Assembly: GCA_965207375.1 (NCBI GenBank)
Contig: OZ242274.1
Coordinates: forward strand, 544,001-608,000
DNA length: 64,000 nt
Source: Nitrosopumilaceae archaeon
GTDB lineage: Archaea; Thermoproteota; Nitrososphaeria; Nitrososphaerales; Nitrosopumilaceae
Direction: 5' to 3'
The notes beneath the pieces are model-generated. The model saw nothing but the letters and a program-made list of their open reading frames with translations. It was not told where the DNA came from and searched no databases. The position numbers were made by a program, and so were the translations under genes. Of the stretch, positions 1 through 11,398 are shown in pieces; within the stretch, counting starts at the first letter, position 1, and each line of letters opens with the position of its first letter.

Positions 1-1
1 T

Positions 2-913
2 GCAAGATCAACAATTCCGATCTTATCAGATGATCAGCTGTATCAAAACCAAAGATTGGGAATCCAATTTTTGGCTCCTGCAGGATGGCAGATTCAGGAA
101 CCTGAAAAAACAGACGAGCTTGTACCAGATGTTGTGGCAGTCACCAGTGGAAGAACAATCATCAATCCATCAATATCAGTAACCATATCTTATGCAAATG
201 ATATGACACTGGAGCAGCGTGCAGACGACCGAAAGGATCTGATCCAGCCCGCAGTTGATGCAGGACAATTAGAAATTATTGGTGAAGAATTTGGCCAATT
301 ATTTGACAGAGATACGTATACCATTAGAGCCATTGGCGTTTTCCAATCTGCCAATTTTTCAGAACAGGTACAATTCACTGAAATTACATTTTTAGAAAAT
401 AAAAAATTCTATGCACTAACCTATACGACAGCAATTGCAGAACATGATAACTATCTTGGCCAGCTCCAAAATGCCCTAGAAAGTTTCACAGTTATTGATT
501 CTGAATCTGTGCCAAAGCCCCCCTCTGAGATGACTGATACAGAAGATAACGGGTGTCTTATTGCAACTGCTGCATACGGCTCTGAAATGTCCCCACAGGT
601 TCAATTTTTAAGAGAAATTCGTGATGATACAGTACTTCAAACCGAATCCGGTTCTGCATTCATGGACTCGTTTAATCAGTTTTATTATTCATTTTCTCCC
701 ATAATTGCCGACTGGCAAAGGCAAAACCCCATGTTTAACGAGGCAGTAAGGCTTGCAATAACGCCGTTGATTAGCTCACTGGCAATCTTAAATCACGTTG
801 AGATTAATTCAGAGTCTGCAATGATACAGTATGGAGTTGGAATTATAATGCTAAATATAGGAATGTATTTTGCAGGACCTGCAATAGTTGTGTACAGAAT
901 ATTTAGAAAATAA
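2..913 (+). CDS. CFI-box-CTERM domain surface protein with PsbP-like domain (5' partial)
   Basis: Frame is open from position 2. C-terminal GCLIATAAYGSEMSPQVQFLREIRD motif plus a TM segment is typical of thaumarchaeal CFI-box-CTERM proteins. Confidence 0.85.
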   Translation, partial: ARSTIPILSDDQLYQNQRLGIQFLAPAGWQIQEPEKTDELVPDVVAVTSGRTIINPSISVTISYANDMTLEQRADDRKDLIQPAVDAGQLEIIGEEFGQLFDRDTYTIRAIGVFQSANFSEQVQFTEITFLENKKFYALTYTTAIAEHDNYLGQLQNALESFTVIDSESVPKPPSEMTDTEDNGCLIATAAYGSEMSPQVQFLREIRDDTVLQTESGSAFMDSFNQFYYSFSPIIADWQRQNPMFNEAVRLAITPLISSLAILNHVEINSESAMIQYGVGIIMLNIGMYFAGPAIVVYRIFRK

Positions 914-2257
914 TCACCATACGTCGTCTACCTCATCTAGAACTTTGTATTCTTTTTCAGGTTCACGTCTCATAAATTTTAATCTGGAAATATCCCTGTC
1001 AAAGAATCCATCAACCACCCAATCTAGCAACACTCTGAACCGTTTGTTCCATGTCGGAATCTTAGACAGATACACATTTCTCCAGAGAATCCAGGCAAGC
1101 AGACCATGTACATTGATGCCTAAAAACAGTGCAATTCCTGTCCTTTTTCCAATTATGGCCATTTGACCCTTTGATCTGTATTCGAATTTTATTTTTTCCT
1201 CATTTTTTATCATTGCTTTTAGATTATACGCTGCAACCTTTGCCTGGGCTTCTGCCACCTGTGCTGTTGGCGGCAAAGGCCTTTTTGTTTTGGGATCTAA
1301 AAAGAGCGCACAATCACCAATGGCAAAAACACCCGGAAAATCCTGTACCTCCAAATTCTCATCAACAATTATTTTTCCTTTCTCTGTTTTGAATAATGAA
1401 CGCCTGATAGTATTGACAGGTGTTACCCCTGCAGTCCATATTACCGTACGAGTCTGTATTGAGGTCATTTGCGAATCCACATCTAATTTAGGATCCAGTT
1501 TTTTAACCGTCACCTCAACACCATTAAAGCTTGTCACTGCCGTTTGCAGCATGATCTTTATTCCCCGCTCAATTAGTTTCTTTTGTGCAAATACGGTCAG
1601 GTCTTTGGCAAACCCAGGCAAGATTCCAGAAAGGGCCTCTAAAATTGTCACCTCAATATCATCTACAGAAATATTTTTGTAATATTTTGTAACATCAAGC
1701 AACAAATCCAAAATCTCCCCTGCAGTCTCAACGCCTGCAAATCCGCCGCCCACTACAACAAAGGTGAGCAAGCTTTTCTTCAAAATCGGATCAGTTTCAT
1801 TTTCTGCCTGCTCTAACATGTCAATCATCCGGTTTCTTACTAGAACTGCATCATTGAGGGTCTTCATCTGGTATGCATTTTTCTCAAGATCGTTCATACC
1901 AAAAAAATTGGTTTTACTTCCTAATCCAACAATTAGATAATCATAGTGCAAAGAAATCCCACGTTTGTCACCGCTTCCCCAAAGATTTACAATCTTCCCA
2001 TATGGATCTATGTTTTTTACCCGTCCTTCATAAAAGAGCGCCTTTTTGATAATTGTTCGAAGTGGCATGACAATATGTCTAGTCTCAATCATGCCTGATG
2101 CCACCTGCGGCAACATTGGAGTAAACAACAGGAAATTATCCTCGCTTACAAGCACAATCTCAACATCTGCATAATTTTTGAAATATCTTTCTAATTTTCT
2201 AATGCATTCGACGCCTGCAAACCCGCCGCCCACTACAACAATACGTTTCTTTTTCAT
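914..2257 (-). CDS. Type II NADH dehydrogenase-like FAD-dependent oxidoreductase
   Basis: Two GxGxxG motifs (VVVGGGFAG x2), AIGD and PTAQVA motifs of the NDH-2 family. Confidence 0.88.
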   Translation of the reverse strand: MKKKRIVVVGGGFAGVECIRKLERYFKNYADVEIVLVSEDNFLLFTPMLPQVASGMIETRHIVMPLRTIIKKALFYEGRVKNIDPYGKIVNLWGSGDKRGISLHYDYLIVGLGSKTNFFGMNDLEKNAYQMKTLNDAVLVRNRMIDMLEQAENETDPILKKSLLTFVVVGGGFAGVETAGEILDLLLDVTKYYKNISVDDIEVTILEALSGILPGFAKDLTVFAQKKLIERGIKIMLQTAVTSFNGVEVTVKKLDPKLDVDSQMTSIQTRTVIWTAGVTPVNTIRRSLFKTEKGKIIVDENLEVQDFPGVFAIGDCALFLDPKTKRPLPPTAQVAEAQAKVAAYNLKAMIKNEEKIKFEYRSKGQMAIIGKRTGIALFLGINVHGLLAWILWRNVYLSKIPTWNKRFRVLLDWVVDGFFDRDISRLKFMRREPEKEYKVLDEVDDVW

Positions 2258-2314
2258 CTAATATCAGATTCAAGTTTATAGTACAAAATATGTTTATTCA
2301 AGCAATTGTAGGAT

Positions 2315-2995
2315 TTACCTTCTAGTTATTTCACTTCGTAAGATTTCGTATGCTCTAGACGCATCCTTTTCATTTAATATTATAACAATGCTCTCTTGAC
2401 TGAAATACGCATTTACAAGCTCAATTCCATTACCGTGCAGCACCTCTGCAACATAAGAGACCACATCTGAATGATTCTCATGCAAAGGGATCAATATCTT
2501 GATTTTGGCCAATCCTGTACTGAATCTATCTCCTCTTTTGGGAAATGAATCAAAAAGCCGCCTTACTGAATCCATATCTTCTGTCAAAACCCTAAATGTG
2601 TCAGCTAGTCTAAAAAACTCGTAATCTGATGTTATCTCTGAAAACTTGTCTAATAATGCATGAGTTTCTGCGGCATTCATATCATTTGAAGAAAATCGTA
2701 TATCCATGATTCCGTCCGTCAATGACAGCCTGGCATTTTTAAGAACAGATTCTTCTCCAATATCCTCTTTTTTATCAAAGGAATCTGCGTATCGCTTTAT
2801 TGCAACAACTATTGTATTGAGATTTACCGCGTTTCCAATCTGTCGCTCAACCTCTGACTGCAGTTTTACAGCCAATGCGGTATAGTTTATCACATCCATC
2901 TTCATACAGTCGTAAATTGAACGGTTTCGTGTGATTAGATCCCTTACTATCTCTGGCACAGATACGCCTACGGTTCTCATAGGCATTATAAGCAT
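2315..2995 (-). CDS. ACT-domain-containing protein (conserved archaeal)
   Basis: N-terminal INYTALA helix motif and C-terminal ACT-like region. Confidence 0.7.
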   Translation of the reverse strand: MLIMPMRTVGVSVPEIVRDLITRNRSIYDCMKMDVINYTALAVKLQSEVERQIGNAVNLNTIVVAIKRYADSFDKKEDIGEESVLKNARLSLTDGIMDIRFSSNDMNAAETHALLDKFSEITSDYEFFRLADTFRVLTEDMDSVRRLFDSFPKRGDRFSTGLAKIKILIPLHENHSDVVSYVAEVLHGNGIELVNAYFSQESIVIILNEKDASRAYEILRSEITRR

Positions 2996-3050
2996 GTCAG
3001 TTATAATAGCCTTATGTAATTTATTTATCTAATTATCCATAATACTTATA

Positions 3051-3072
3051 TTATGTCATGTATATTACATAA
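3051..3072. promoter_or_regulatory. Imperfect palindrome, candidate operator of hsp20-cdc48
   Basis: TTATGTCAT-GTAT-ATTACATAA lies between a TATA-like CTTATATT and the hsp20 start. An extra half-site TTATGTAAT is at 3012. Confidence 0.4.
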
Positions 3073-3077
3073 CTTAG

Positions 3078-3575
3078 GTGAATGTGACAATGTTCTTCGA
3101 CGATGAATTCGACAATCTCTTTGCAAAAATGTCAAGATCAGTTAATCTTGAAAATGTCCTGCAAGAGTTTGAAGGTGCAGGAACCTGTGGGCCATTTTAT
3201 TATGGTTGTACAATGACTGTTGGCCCAGACGGAAAACCTGTCGTACAAGAATATGGAAATCTCAAATCAGAGACTGTTCCATCTTCTAAGGGACGTGAGC
3301 CTCTAGTTGACACAATTGTCAATGAAAAAGACAATGCAATAAAACTAGTAGCTGAAATGCCTGGTGTTGAAAAAAACGACATCAAAGTTGTACTAGAAAA
3401 ACAATCTGTTGATATTTCAGCACAACGCGGCGAAAAAAAATACAATGTCAGGGTTCCTATTCACTGTAACGTGAATAAAGATTCTGCAAAGGCCTCTTAC
3501 AAAAACGGAGTTTTGGAGGTCTCCTTTAAAAGAATTAAGGCAAAACCTACTGGCAAGATACTGGAGGTAAACTAA
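3078..3575 (+). CDS. hsp20: Small heat shock protein Hsp20
   Basis: GPDGKPVVQEYGN, AEMPGVEK and ASYKNGVLEV motifs of archaeal Hsp20. Confidence 0.92.
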   Translation: MNVTMFFDDEFDNLFAKMSRSVNLENVLQEFEGAGTCGPFYYGCTMTVGPDGKPVVQEYGNLKSETVPSSKGREPLVDTIVNEKDNAIKLVAEMPGVEKNDIKVVLEKQSVDISAQRGEKKYNVRVPIHCNVNKDSAKASYKNGVLEVSFKRIKAKPTGKILEVN

Positions 3576-3602
3576 TCCTCCCATTTTTTTGGTGATGATA
3601 AC

Positions 3603-5744
3603 ATGAATCAAATAGTATTAAAAATCGCAGAAATTTCACAACGACACGTTGGCAAGGGACTAGCCATAGTTGATCCTAAGATTATACGTGACAATAATTG
3701 GTCTAGCGGTCAAATCATAGAATTGACCCATAATAAAAAATCCCATGTCAAACTATGGCCGGGTCCAGACTCTGAGTATGGAAGCAATCTAGTCAAAATT
3801 GACGGTATCACCAGACAAAACATTGGTGCAGGTATAGGCGACAAGGTTTCAATTAAACCAATTGAGGCTGCCGCCGCTCAACAAATTACGCTCTCTCCAA
3901 TAGAAAAAATTCATGCTCAAGGATTGCAACAATACATGATCCAAAACTATCTTAATCATGTATTTACTATAGGAGATACGATTTTACTCAATACCCAAAT
4001 GGGAGGAAAAACACAGTTTGTTATTACAAGTACAGATCCTGCAAAACCCGTCATTGTAACTGAAAATACCAACTTTAAGCTAGGCTCTCTAACAAAAGCA
4101 GTGGATGCATCCATTCCTAGAGTGACTTATGATGATCTTGGTGGATTGAAAAGCGAGGTGCAAAAAATCCGTGAAATGATAGAGCTGCCAATGCGTCATC
4201 CCGAAATATTTGAAAAAATAGGTGTGGATGCACCAAAGGGAGTTTTGCTGTATGGTCCACCTGGTACCGGCAAGACGCTTCTTGCAAAGGCAGTAGCAGG
4301 AGAAACAAATGCAAATTTTACCTCACTAAGCGGTCCTGAAATAATGGGAAAATATTATGGGGAAAGCGAAGAACGCATCAGGGACATTTTCAAACAGGCA
4401 GAGCAAAATGCTCCTAGCATAATTTTCATTGATGAGATAGATTCCATTGCCCCAAAACGCGATGAGGTTACAGGCGATGTTGAAAAACGAATTGTTTCAC
4501 AACTGCTTACCCTTATGGATGGAATAAAAACACGTGGTAAGGTTGTAGTTATAGCTGCCACAAACAGACCAGACTCTATAGATCCTGCATTAAGGCGGCC
4601 AGGTAGATTTGATAGAGAGATTGAAATTGGAATTCCTGATCAACAGAGCCGACAAGACATTCTTGGCATACACACACGTGGCATGCCAATTGATGATACA
4701 GTAGATGTGAGTAAAATTGCAAAAATGACTCATGGTTTTGTAGGCGCTGATCTAGAGGTACTCTCAAAGGAGGCAGCCATGAGGTCTTTGAGACGCCTCT
4801 TGCCAGAAATTGATTTGGATCAGAATAAAATTCCTCCACAAATTCTGCAAAAAATCAAGATTTCAAGTAATGATTTTAACAATGCGCTAAGAGAGGTAAG
4901 ACCGTCTACATTACGAGAGGTACTTGTACAAACCCCAAATGTAACTTGGGATGACGTCGGCGGATTGGATTCACTAAAAGCAGAACTAAAAGAATCAATC
5001 GAGTGGCCACTCAAACATAAGGAGGCATTTGATTATGCAGGAGTTCGCACACCAAAAGGAATTCTATTGCACGGCCCGCCTGGAACCGGCAAAACTTTGA
5101 TAGCAAAGGCAGTAGCTAAAATGTCTGATTCAAATTTCATCAGTATAAAGGGTCCTGAATTGTTATCAAAATGGGTGGGAGAGTCTGAAAAGGGAGTCAG
5201 AGAGATATTCCGCAAAGCCAGGCAGGCAGCCCCATGTATAATATTTTTTGATGAAATCGACTCGCTTGTTCCCAAACGAGGTAGCAACGGTTCTGCCTCC
5301 GGTGTGACAGAGAATATGGTATCTCAAATTCTCACCGAAATTGACGGTCTAGAGGAACTGCAAGATGTTATGATTATTGGGGCTACAAACCGCCTTGACA
5401 TTTTAGATCCCGCACTGTTAAGACCAGGCAGATTTGATAGAATTATTGAGATTCCAAAACCTGACAAAGATGGCAGGTATCACATTTTCAAAATTCATAC
5501 AAAGACAAAACCGCTAGATGCAGACATTGATCTGTCCAAGTTAGCAGATGCCACTATAGGATTAAGTGGAGCCGAGATTGAGTCAGTTACAAACAGGGCA
5601 GCACTAACGGCTCTCAAACGACACATTAATGGAAAATCCCAAAATATCAGACAGATCAAAATCACACAGGATGATCTGTTACAATCCATCAAACAGGTGA
5701 CTCTCAAAGAAGAGCTTTTAACCCCTAACATAAAACAAAATTAG
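3603..5744 (+). CDS. cdc48: CDC48/VCP family AAA ATPase
   Basis: Two AAA modules (GPPGTGKT x2, [14 protein letters not shown]) and an N-domain. Confidence 0.96.
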   Translation: MNQIVLKIAEISQRHVGKGLAIVDPKIIRDNNWSSGQIIELTHNKKSHVKLWPGPDSEYGSNLVKIDGITRQNIGAGIGDKVSIKPIEAAAAQQITLSPIEKIHAQGLQQYMIQNYLNHVFTIGDTILLNTQMGGKTQFVITSTDPAKPVIVTENTNFKLGSLTKAVDASIPRVTYDDLGGLKSEVQKIREMIELPMRHPEIFEKIGVDAPKGVLLYGPPGTGKTLLAKAVAGETNANFTSLSGPEIMGKYYGESEERIRDIFKQAEQNAPSIIFIDEIDSIAPKRDEVTGDVEKRIVSQLLTLMDGIKTRGKVVVIAATNRPDSIDPALRRPGRFDREIEIGIPDQQSRQDILGIHTRGMPIDDTVDVSKIAKMTHGFVGADLEVLSKEAAMRSLRRLLPEIDLDQNKIPPQILQKIKISSNDFNNALREVRPSTLREVLVQTPNVTWDDVGGLDSLKAELKESIEWPLKHKEAFDYAGVRTPKGILLHGPPGTGKTLIAKAVAKMSDSNFISIKGPELLSKWVGESEKGVREIFRKARQAAPCIIFFDEIDSLVPKRGSNGSASGVTENMVSQILTEIDGLEELQDVMIIGATNRLDILDPALLRPGRFDRIIEIPKPDKDGRYHIFKIHTKTKPLDADIDLSKLADATIGLSGAEIESVTNRAALTALKRHINGKSQNIRQIKITQDDLLQSIKQVTLKEELLTPNIKQN

Positions 5745-5753
5745 GTAAACAAC

Positions 5754-5972
5754 TTGAAACTCTACATTGATTTTGAACCCTGCGATGAATGCAAAACCAT
5801 GATGCAGGAACTGAGCAGTCTAGAGATGGCCCTTGCCAATGAATCCCTAAGGGCAGATGAATCTGCAAAATTTCTGCGCCATTTGACATATAATCACACA
5901 GAGGTGGTTCGTGGAGTTATGAAGGATCTTCCTAAACAAAAACGCAGTCAAGAGTATGATTTTTTCAAATAA
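5754..5972 (+). CDS. Small hypothetical protein with CxxC
   Basis: Starts 9 bp after cdc48 on the same strand; CDEC motif. Confidence 0.65.
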   Translation: MKLYIDFEPCDECKTMMQELSSLEMALANESLRADESAKFLRHLTYNHTEVVRGVMKDLPKQKRSQEYDFFK

Positions 5973-6406
5973 TACAGAAAATTAAAAGACAAAACACATT
6001 CCTGTACATTGTACTTAAAATTTCTGGCAATCACAGTATCTATGTGGTAACATGTCCCCTCCCTCTTGGAATTTTCACTTGGTTAGGCATGAAAAATCAC
6101 ATGAACAAACCTTATGACTCTACAAGATGTAGGTTGTCAAGGTGGGCATATACGGCAATGCCATGAGTTAGTCAAACAATTTATGTAAAATGAAGAATTT
6201 ACACAAACTTTATGCTTAAAGGATGGTATTGTGCACTTCTCATGATAATCACAAAATGAGAAGACAACAACACCAACAAACCATTGCAAATAATCTATTT
6301 AATCATACTGATGCCGCATCTGACCAGTAGCATTCGTTGATATCAGGGCTGCTAGACAAAATAGCACAACTTGAGGCAGACCAAAAGCACCAATCCATAA
6401 TGCGTA

Positions 6407-7950
6407 GTGATTTTAAAAAAGAATGGAACCCAAATTCCTGAAAAAGAGCCTGTCCCCCTATCTTGGACCAAATTTGAGCACAATGTGCCTGTTTAGTTGC
6501 ATTTTGGTCATATTTGGTAACGTATGGGATCAAAGAAATTAGAACTTGCGATACAAAAGATTGACGTGCCTAGAAGCAATTATGACAAAGCAACTAAAGG
6601 CACATCAAGATACACTTGATAATGCCATATTTAACTGCCCATGTTGGGAGGCCGATATTTTATGAAGCCATCCTCAGGGGTAAAGAGAGGAATAGAGTTT
6701 CTCAAAGACACAACTACATCTGAGATGGAACATCGTCTAAAGGCAGAGCACTCTGGCAAGTCACGTGAGCGACTACAGGCAGCACTGCTGCGTAGACAGG
6801 GCCAAGACCTAGAATCTATACGTAAAATCCTAGGACGAGGTAAGGGCAGCATCTCAAGATGGCTCAACAGGATGCAAAAAGAAGGACCCGATGCGATACT
6901 TGACGGTAAGAGTACAGGAAGACCCTGCAAGCTCTCAAAGGTGCAGCAGGAGGCAGTCAAGATATCTCTTGCCCAGGATCCAATGTGCAGCGGTTTTGAG
7001 CGCTCAAACTGGACTGCCAGACTGCTTGGAGTACACATTGAGAACAATTATGGTACACAATACAGTGCATCAGGAGCTCTTGCACTTGCGTATGGCATGG
7101 GCTATTCCATCCGGGTGCCTAGATCTGTACCATACAATACACCTGACAAGGAGACAATTGACAAATATGTAAAAAACACCATACAAGCAATTACGTCACA
7201 TGCATCTGCAGATTATGCCATATATTGTTTGGATGCTGCAGGATTTGCAGACTCGCCGTTTTCTGCTCGCGGGATTCGTCCCATAGGTGGACATGAAACT
7301 GTAAAGTCTAACTTTAAGACTGCTACCACAAAGGCAATAGGCGCACTCGGTCAAGACGGACTAGTCTTGGATTTTTATGACGACGTTGGATCTGATAGTG
7401 TCATAGATTTACTTGAACAGATACGTAAAAAACACGGCAGAGTCTTTGTAATATGTGATAATGCAAGTGGCCACAAATCCAAAAAGATCAAAGAGTATTT
7501 GGAAAAGGCATGCGGTGATGTTGTCCTGTGGTATCTTCCCCCGTACACTCCACAGCACAATCCAATAGAGATGATGTGGCGCGAGATCAAGCGGGCCATT
7601 GCAGGAAGATACTTTGGCAGCTTTGAAAAGATGCATGATACCATAAAGCAGCTAGTACAAAGCGGTGAGGTGGCAACTGTAAAGCTGTTCAAATACATGC
7701 TTGATGCAATAAATCAGGCCAAAAACGTCCTTCAGACATCTGTAATCTGAAAAACATATCAGGATTTCAAGGGTATTGTCTTTTCAGGGCAACCTAAGCT
7801 CAAAACTGTACCAATATGCCAAAACATGCCACAACATGTTTGATTTTATGGATTTGTCGTATATTCTGTCATGATTTTGTATTTTACTGTGACTGAAATC
7901 CAATAGCACAGGCCACAGTCAGAAAGCGTTCCATTCTTTTTTGCGATTAC
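6407..7950 (+). mobile_element. IS630-family insertion sequence
   Basis: Imperfect TIRs GTGATTTTAAAAAAGAATGGAAC and GTTCCATTCTTTTTTGCGATTAC, flanked by TA at 6405-6406 and 7951-7952. Confidence 0.85.
6662..7750 (+). CDS. IS630-family transposase (intact frame)
   Basis: HTH, WTARLL, then YCLD / CDNASGH / LPPYTPQHNPIE DDE motifs. Alternative start at 6641. Confidence 0.92.
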   Translation: MKPSSGVKRGIEFLKDTTTSEMEHRLKAEHSGKSRERLQAALLRRQGQDLESIRKILGRGKGSISRWLNRMQKEGPDAILDGKSTGRPCKLSKVQQEAVKISLAQDPMCSGFERSNWTARLLGVHIENNYGTQYSASGALALAYGMGYSIRVPRSVPYNTPDKETIDKYVKNTIQAITSHASADYAIYCLDAAGFADSPFSARGIRPIGGHETVKSNFKTATTKAIGALGQDGLVLDFYDDVGSDSVIDLLEQIRKKHGRVFVICDNASGHKSKKIKEYLEKACGDVVLWYLPPYTPQHNPIEMMWREIKRAIAGRYFGSFEKMHDTIKQLVQSGEVATVKLFKYMLDAINQAKNVLQTSVI

Positions 7951-8129
7951 TATGCGTGATGATATAGACGCACTATACAAGAGAATTGATGCTAAAATTC
8001 AGACAGTATGGGAATGCTGCAATATGTTGCTTACAAAGAACATGTACACAACAGAGACATGATTCGTAATTAGATCTGGGCACGGATTTTTGCTCCTGTT
8101 AGGTGTGGTTTTCTAATTACGAATCACCT

Positions 8130-8745
8130 CTATGGTGCACAAAATGGTGTTCCAGGTATGTCGATTCCTTCCTGCAACAAGATTCCGTGTATCATGTTCT
8201 TAAAGCGAGTAGATTCTTGGACCATCTTGTGTCTGTATCTGACAAGCTGTTGCTTTTTTACAGTGTTTTCATCTGGTACATGGCATGCTGCAACATAATC
8301 TCCACGCAGGAGGTCTGCAAGTATTTGCGCATCTACCTTATCTGTCTTCTTTTTAGACTCTGCAATGAGCCTTGTTTTGTATGGGTTGGATAATGTTACG
8401 TCTAGTTTCAGCTTATCTGTGAGCATACGGTATATGCCGTACCATACAGATGATGATTCTAGTACGTATTTTGCATTCTTTGGCATTTTGGAAAACGCCT
8501 TTTTGATTGCAACCGGATTGCACTCTATCCTGCGGTTCTCATGCACCTTGCCGTCTTTATCCATTACTGCGACCTGCATGAATTTTTTGTGTAGATCTAT
8601 TCCGACAAAGTATTTGGGTTTGGTTTTGGGGGTGTTGTTTTGGCCTGTCTTAGATGTCTTTACCTTTGAATTTGTTTTTTTTGACAGACCTCACACTTTT
8701 TGGATTTTTTTTGCATAATCTGTTTGTTTGCTTTTTGGTAGCATT
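8130..8745 (-). pseudogene. IS110-family transposase, N-terminal fragment
   Basis: YFVGIDLHKKFMQVAV, VLESS and KKTDKVDA DEDD-domain motifs. In-frame TGA near the 5' end; C-terminal domain missing. Confidence 0.85.
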
Positions 8746-8817
8746 ACCGGTACCATCTAAACCAGAGTTTTTTCGGGGCACATATGGTTAGTTCCGATTG
8801 TACTCCAAAATCCCATA

Positions 8818-10058
8818 TTATCCAGGATCGGGAGGCGCCTACACTGCTACACTTACGGCATAATTTATCATGCATGTAACTAGTACCACCAACTTTACAA
8901 CCTGAGGATTTTATGCCCTAGCATACATCTATATGTTTGAGACTACAAGTGACGTATCTGTTAACGTTGTTTTGAATTTATAATAATTTTAGGCACGAAA
9001 TTACTTTGCTGTCAAAAGGTAGAATAAAAATTCAAGTGTGACATTAACACTTACCAAGTGACAAAAAGAACAAGGCAAGTCTTATTGCATCATTGCGACT
9101 CGTTGTATGCGGCATTATTCTTTTGGCATCTCTGTATCCTGTTTCAATTCCCCACCTAGCCCTATATTCTTCTGGTAACTTTAGAATGTCTTGTACAGTG
9201 CAATCCCTCATATTGGTCACAAACCCGATATACGGATCATCATCTGTTGCATTCTTTTTGGGAACAATTATCAGATTGCACCTAAACGTATTGCCATCTT
9301 GTGAACTCAACACATACTCACCGATTCTCTTGTGCCGTCTGTAAATTCCTGTATTGCCTTTTTGATTCCAGTAGTGGATACAGCAGGCATTAGAAATTTG
9401 TGACATGCACCTGAGATGACACTCATTACATCTACTGCGTAAAACTCACGGTCCATCAATAGCAATCTTGGTTTTATCTTCAAAATACGCATCTCATCTA
9501 GTGTTTTACGCACAAAATACGGGTTAAATTCAGCTCTAGTTACAGGAATACACGCAAGATGAAACTGCATCTCCTGTCCTACGGTTCTTGCAGTCATGTA
9601 TGCCTCTGCAGTGTTTGTGTTTTCCCCCCCTTGTGTTTTATCAGATATTTCATGCATGGGTTTTTGTCGTATCTATCTATCTTGGTCTTGTCTATTGCAA
9701 CAAGAGTATTTTGCAAATCAATTCCTGCATTTGAAGCATGTCTGATGGTTTTACGCAATGCGTTTTTTACATTGGAATACATATCGTCATATTCTTTATC
9801 TCCAAGTTTGCCAAGCAGCCAATCAGAACCAGGTGCTTTGATGCCTGATGCATTTAATATTTCAGAGGCCTGTTCTGCGCACAAACCGTCTCTACACATG
9901 TTTGCAAGCAGTATAGTTGCAGAAGATGCGTCGTAGCTAGAGTTTGGTTTGTCAGAAAAGCGCATCTTTAGTGCCAAAATCACATTATGGAACAAGTTAA
10001 ATTCCTCACGTCCTAAATCACCTCGGGTCTTCTTGTTGCTGTTTATCATAGGATACAA
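8818..10058 (-). pseudogene. Frameshifted ISH3-like transposase interrupted by a MITE
   Basis: Pieces VAIDKT, LLMDREFY and RWGIETGY lie in separate frames. The C-terminus ...APPDPG* continues beyond the MITE. Paralogous to 10173-11309. Confidence 0.85.
8954..9054. mobile_element. 101-bp MITE (copy 1), IS66-type ends
   Basis: Ends GTATCTGTTAA and TTAACACTTAC; 8-bp TSD CAAGTGAC. Near-identical inverted copy at 19748-19848. Confidence 0.92.
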
Positions 10059-10146
10059 CAGGAAGCCCCATTTATGGATCTAAATGATCATCAAAATTGT
10101 GCTAATCGGTACGCTTTTTTAAAGTACAATCGGAACTATTGTTAAT

Positions 10147-11395
10147 CAGCTAAGCGAAATGTAGCCCAAATCCTACCCTGGCGGCGGCTTGAACTGACGC
10201 ATCAACTCAAAATCCATTTGTACTTTGAAAACTAGCATGGTCATAATACTCTGACTTGCTGTATCGTCACAAAGAATAGCCCTGATAATTATCCACTCAT
10301 TGTACAGTATCAGTGAATAATAAAAACACAGCATTCTTGATACATTATCCTTGATTCGTGTCTTGGCCCTGCATTCCTCTATCTTGCCGTATCCTGATTC
10401 TATCCCCCACCTACTTGCATATTCTGTAACGTCTACAGTATTACAGTTAGTTGCAAAGCCAATGTATTTTTCCTCGGCAACATCAGTATCCTTTGACCCT
10501 TTTCTTCTTTCTATTATCATTGTATACGGTACAGAATGACAGTCGTTTTGTAGGGTGCACTCTGATGTTACATCACGTTTTTTACGACTATACTCGTCTA
10601 GTGCAGATTTTACATTTGGTGTATTTCTGCAAGGTATCAAAAAGGATACGTCGTTTTGAATCAGCATTTGCATTGTATCCACTGAGAAAAACTCACGATC
10701 ACATAATGCCAGACGAACTTTTACCCCCAAATCCGACAGTGTTTTGAGCAGAAAATTCACCGATTTAGGCACGGAATCAAGCATTTTGAGATGTATTGCA
10801 GCTAGAACGACTCTCATTGTATCATCCACACAGTGAACCGTCATGTAACGCTCAAAGTATGTCGTGCCGTTTTTGTATTTGGAACGGGTCAACTCCTCCC
10901 CATGTGTCCTGTCATAACGGCATATGAGGTGTAGGTCCATTGCAACTGTAAGCCCCTTCTTTGGAATCTTTCCCATTTTTTTGAGAATTTTAACCTGTCT
11001 TGCTATCTGTAATTGGAAAACGTCCTGTACTGTTTCCTCTGATATCCCCTTGATTGCAGATGCATACCATCTGTCTGATGGTGTATTGCTGTTTTTTTGT
11101 TTTACCGCATTTGCACATCCTCCTACAGAGGAATCCATAATGGTAGCCCTCAACATTCCGGTACTGAGATCATCAACTCCATATATCGTATTGCCCTTGA
11201 CTGACAAAGTAGTACATGCAAGCATGTTTTTGGCACCAGATGCGGCATCTTGATATAATCGTGGATTGTTTAATAGTTCACGGCTCTGTTTGGTTTTTTG
11301 TTTGGACACTGAAAATCATCTGGAGCCGCCTCTATTGATCTGTTTGCATTTTTGGGGTAGATTTTGGCCTATTTTGCCCACATTTCGCTTAGCTG
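10147..11395 (-). mobile_element. ISH3-family insertion sequence, apparently complete
   Basis: TIR CAGCTAAGCGAAATGT at both ends; 5-bp TSD TTAAT (10142-10146 and 11396-11400). Confidence 0.92.
10173..11309 (-). CDS. ISH3-family DDE transposase
   Basis: VAMDLH, LCDREFF and YASRWGIESGY motifs; uninterrupted 378 aa. Confidence 0.9.
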   Translation of the reverse strand: MSKQKTKQSRELLNNPRLYQDAASGAKNMLACTTLSVKGNTIYGVDDLSTGMLRATIMDSSVGGCANAVKQKNSNTPSDRWYASAIKGISEETVQDVFQLQIARQVKILKKMGKIPKKGLTVAMDLHLICRYDRTHGEELTRSKYKNGTTYFERYMTVHCVDDTMRVVLAAIHLKMLDSVPKSVNFLLKTLSDLGVKVRLALCDREFFSVDTMQMLIQNDVSFLIPCRNTPNVKSALDEYSRKKRDVTSECTLQNDCHSVPYTMIIERRKGSKDTDVAEEKYIGFATNCNTVDVTEYASRWGIESGYGKIEECRAKTRIKDNVSRMLCFYYSLILYNEWIIIRAILCDDTASQSIMTMLVFKVQMDFELMRQFKPPPG

Positions 11396-11398
11396 TTA

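Larger units (their letters stand above)
6256..8063 (+). pseudogene. Small coiled-coil ORF with an internal TAG, split by IS630
   Basis: MRRQQ...DQ*HSLISGLLDKIAQLEADQKHQSIMR resumes in frame after the IS as DDIDALYKRIDAKIQ...TET*. Confidence 0.4.
8789..10138 (-). mobile_element. Degenerate ISH3/IS4-like element
   Basis: Perfect 16-bp TIR TAGTTCCGATTGTACT (8789-8804 and 10123-10138). No TSD seen. Confidence 0.8.
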
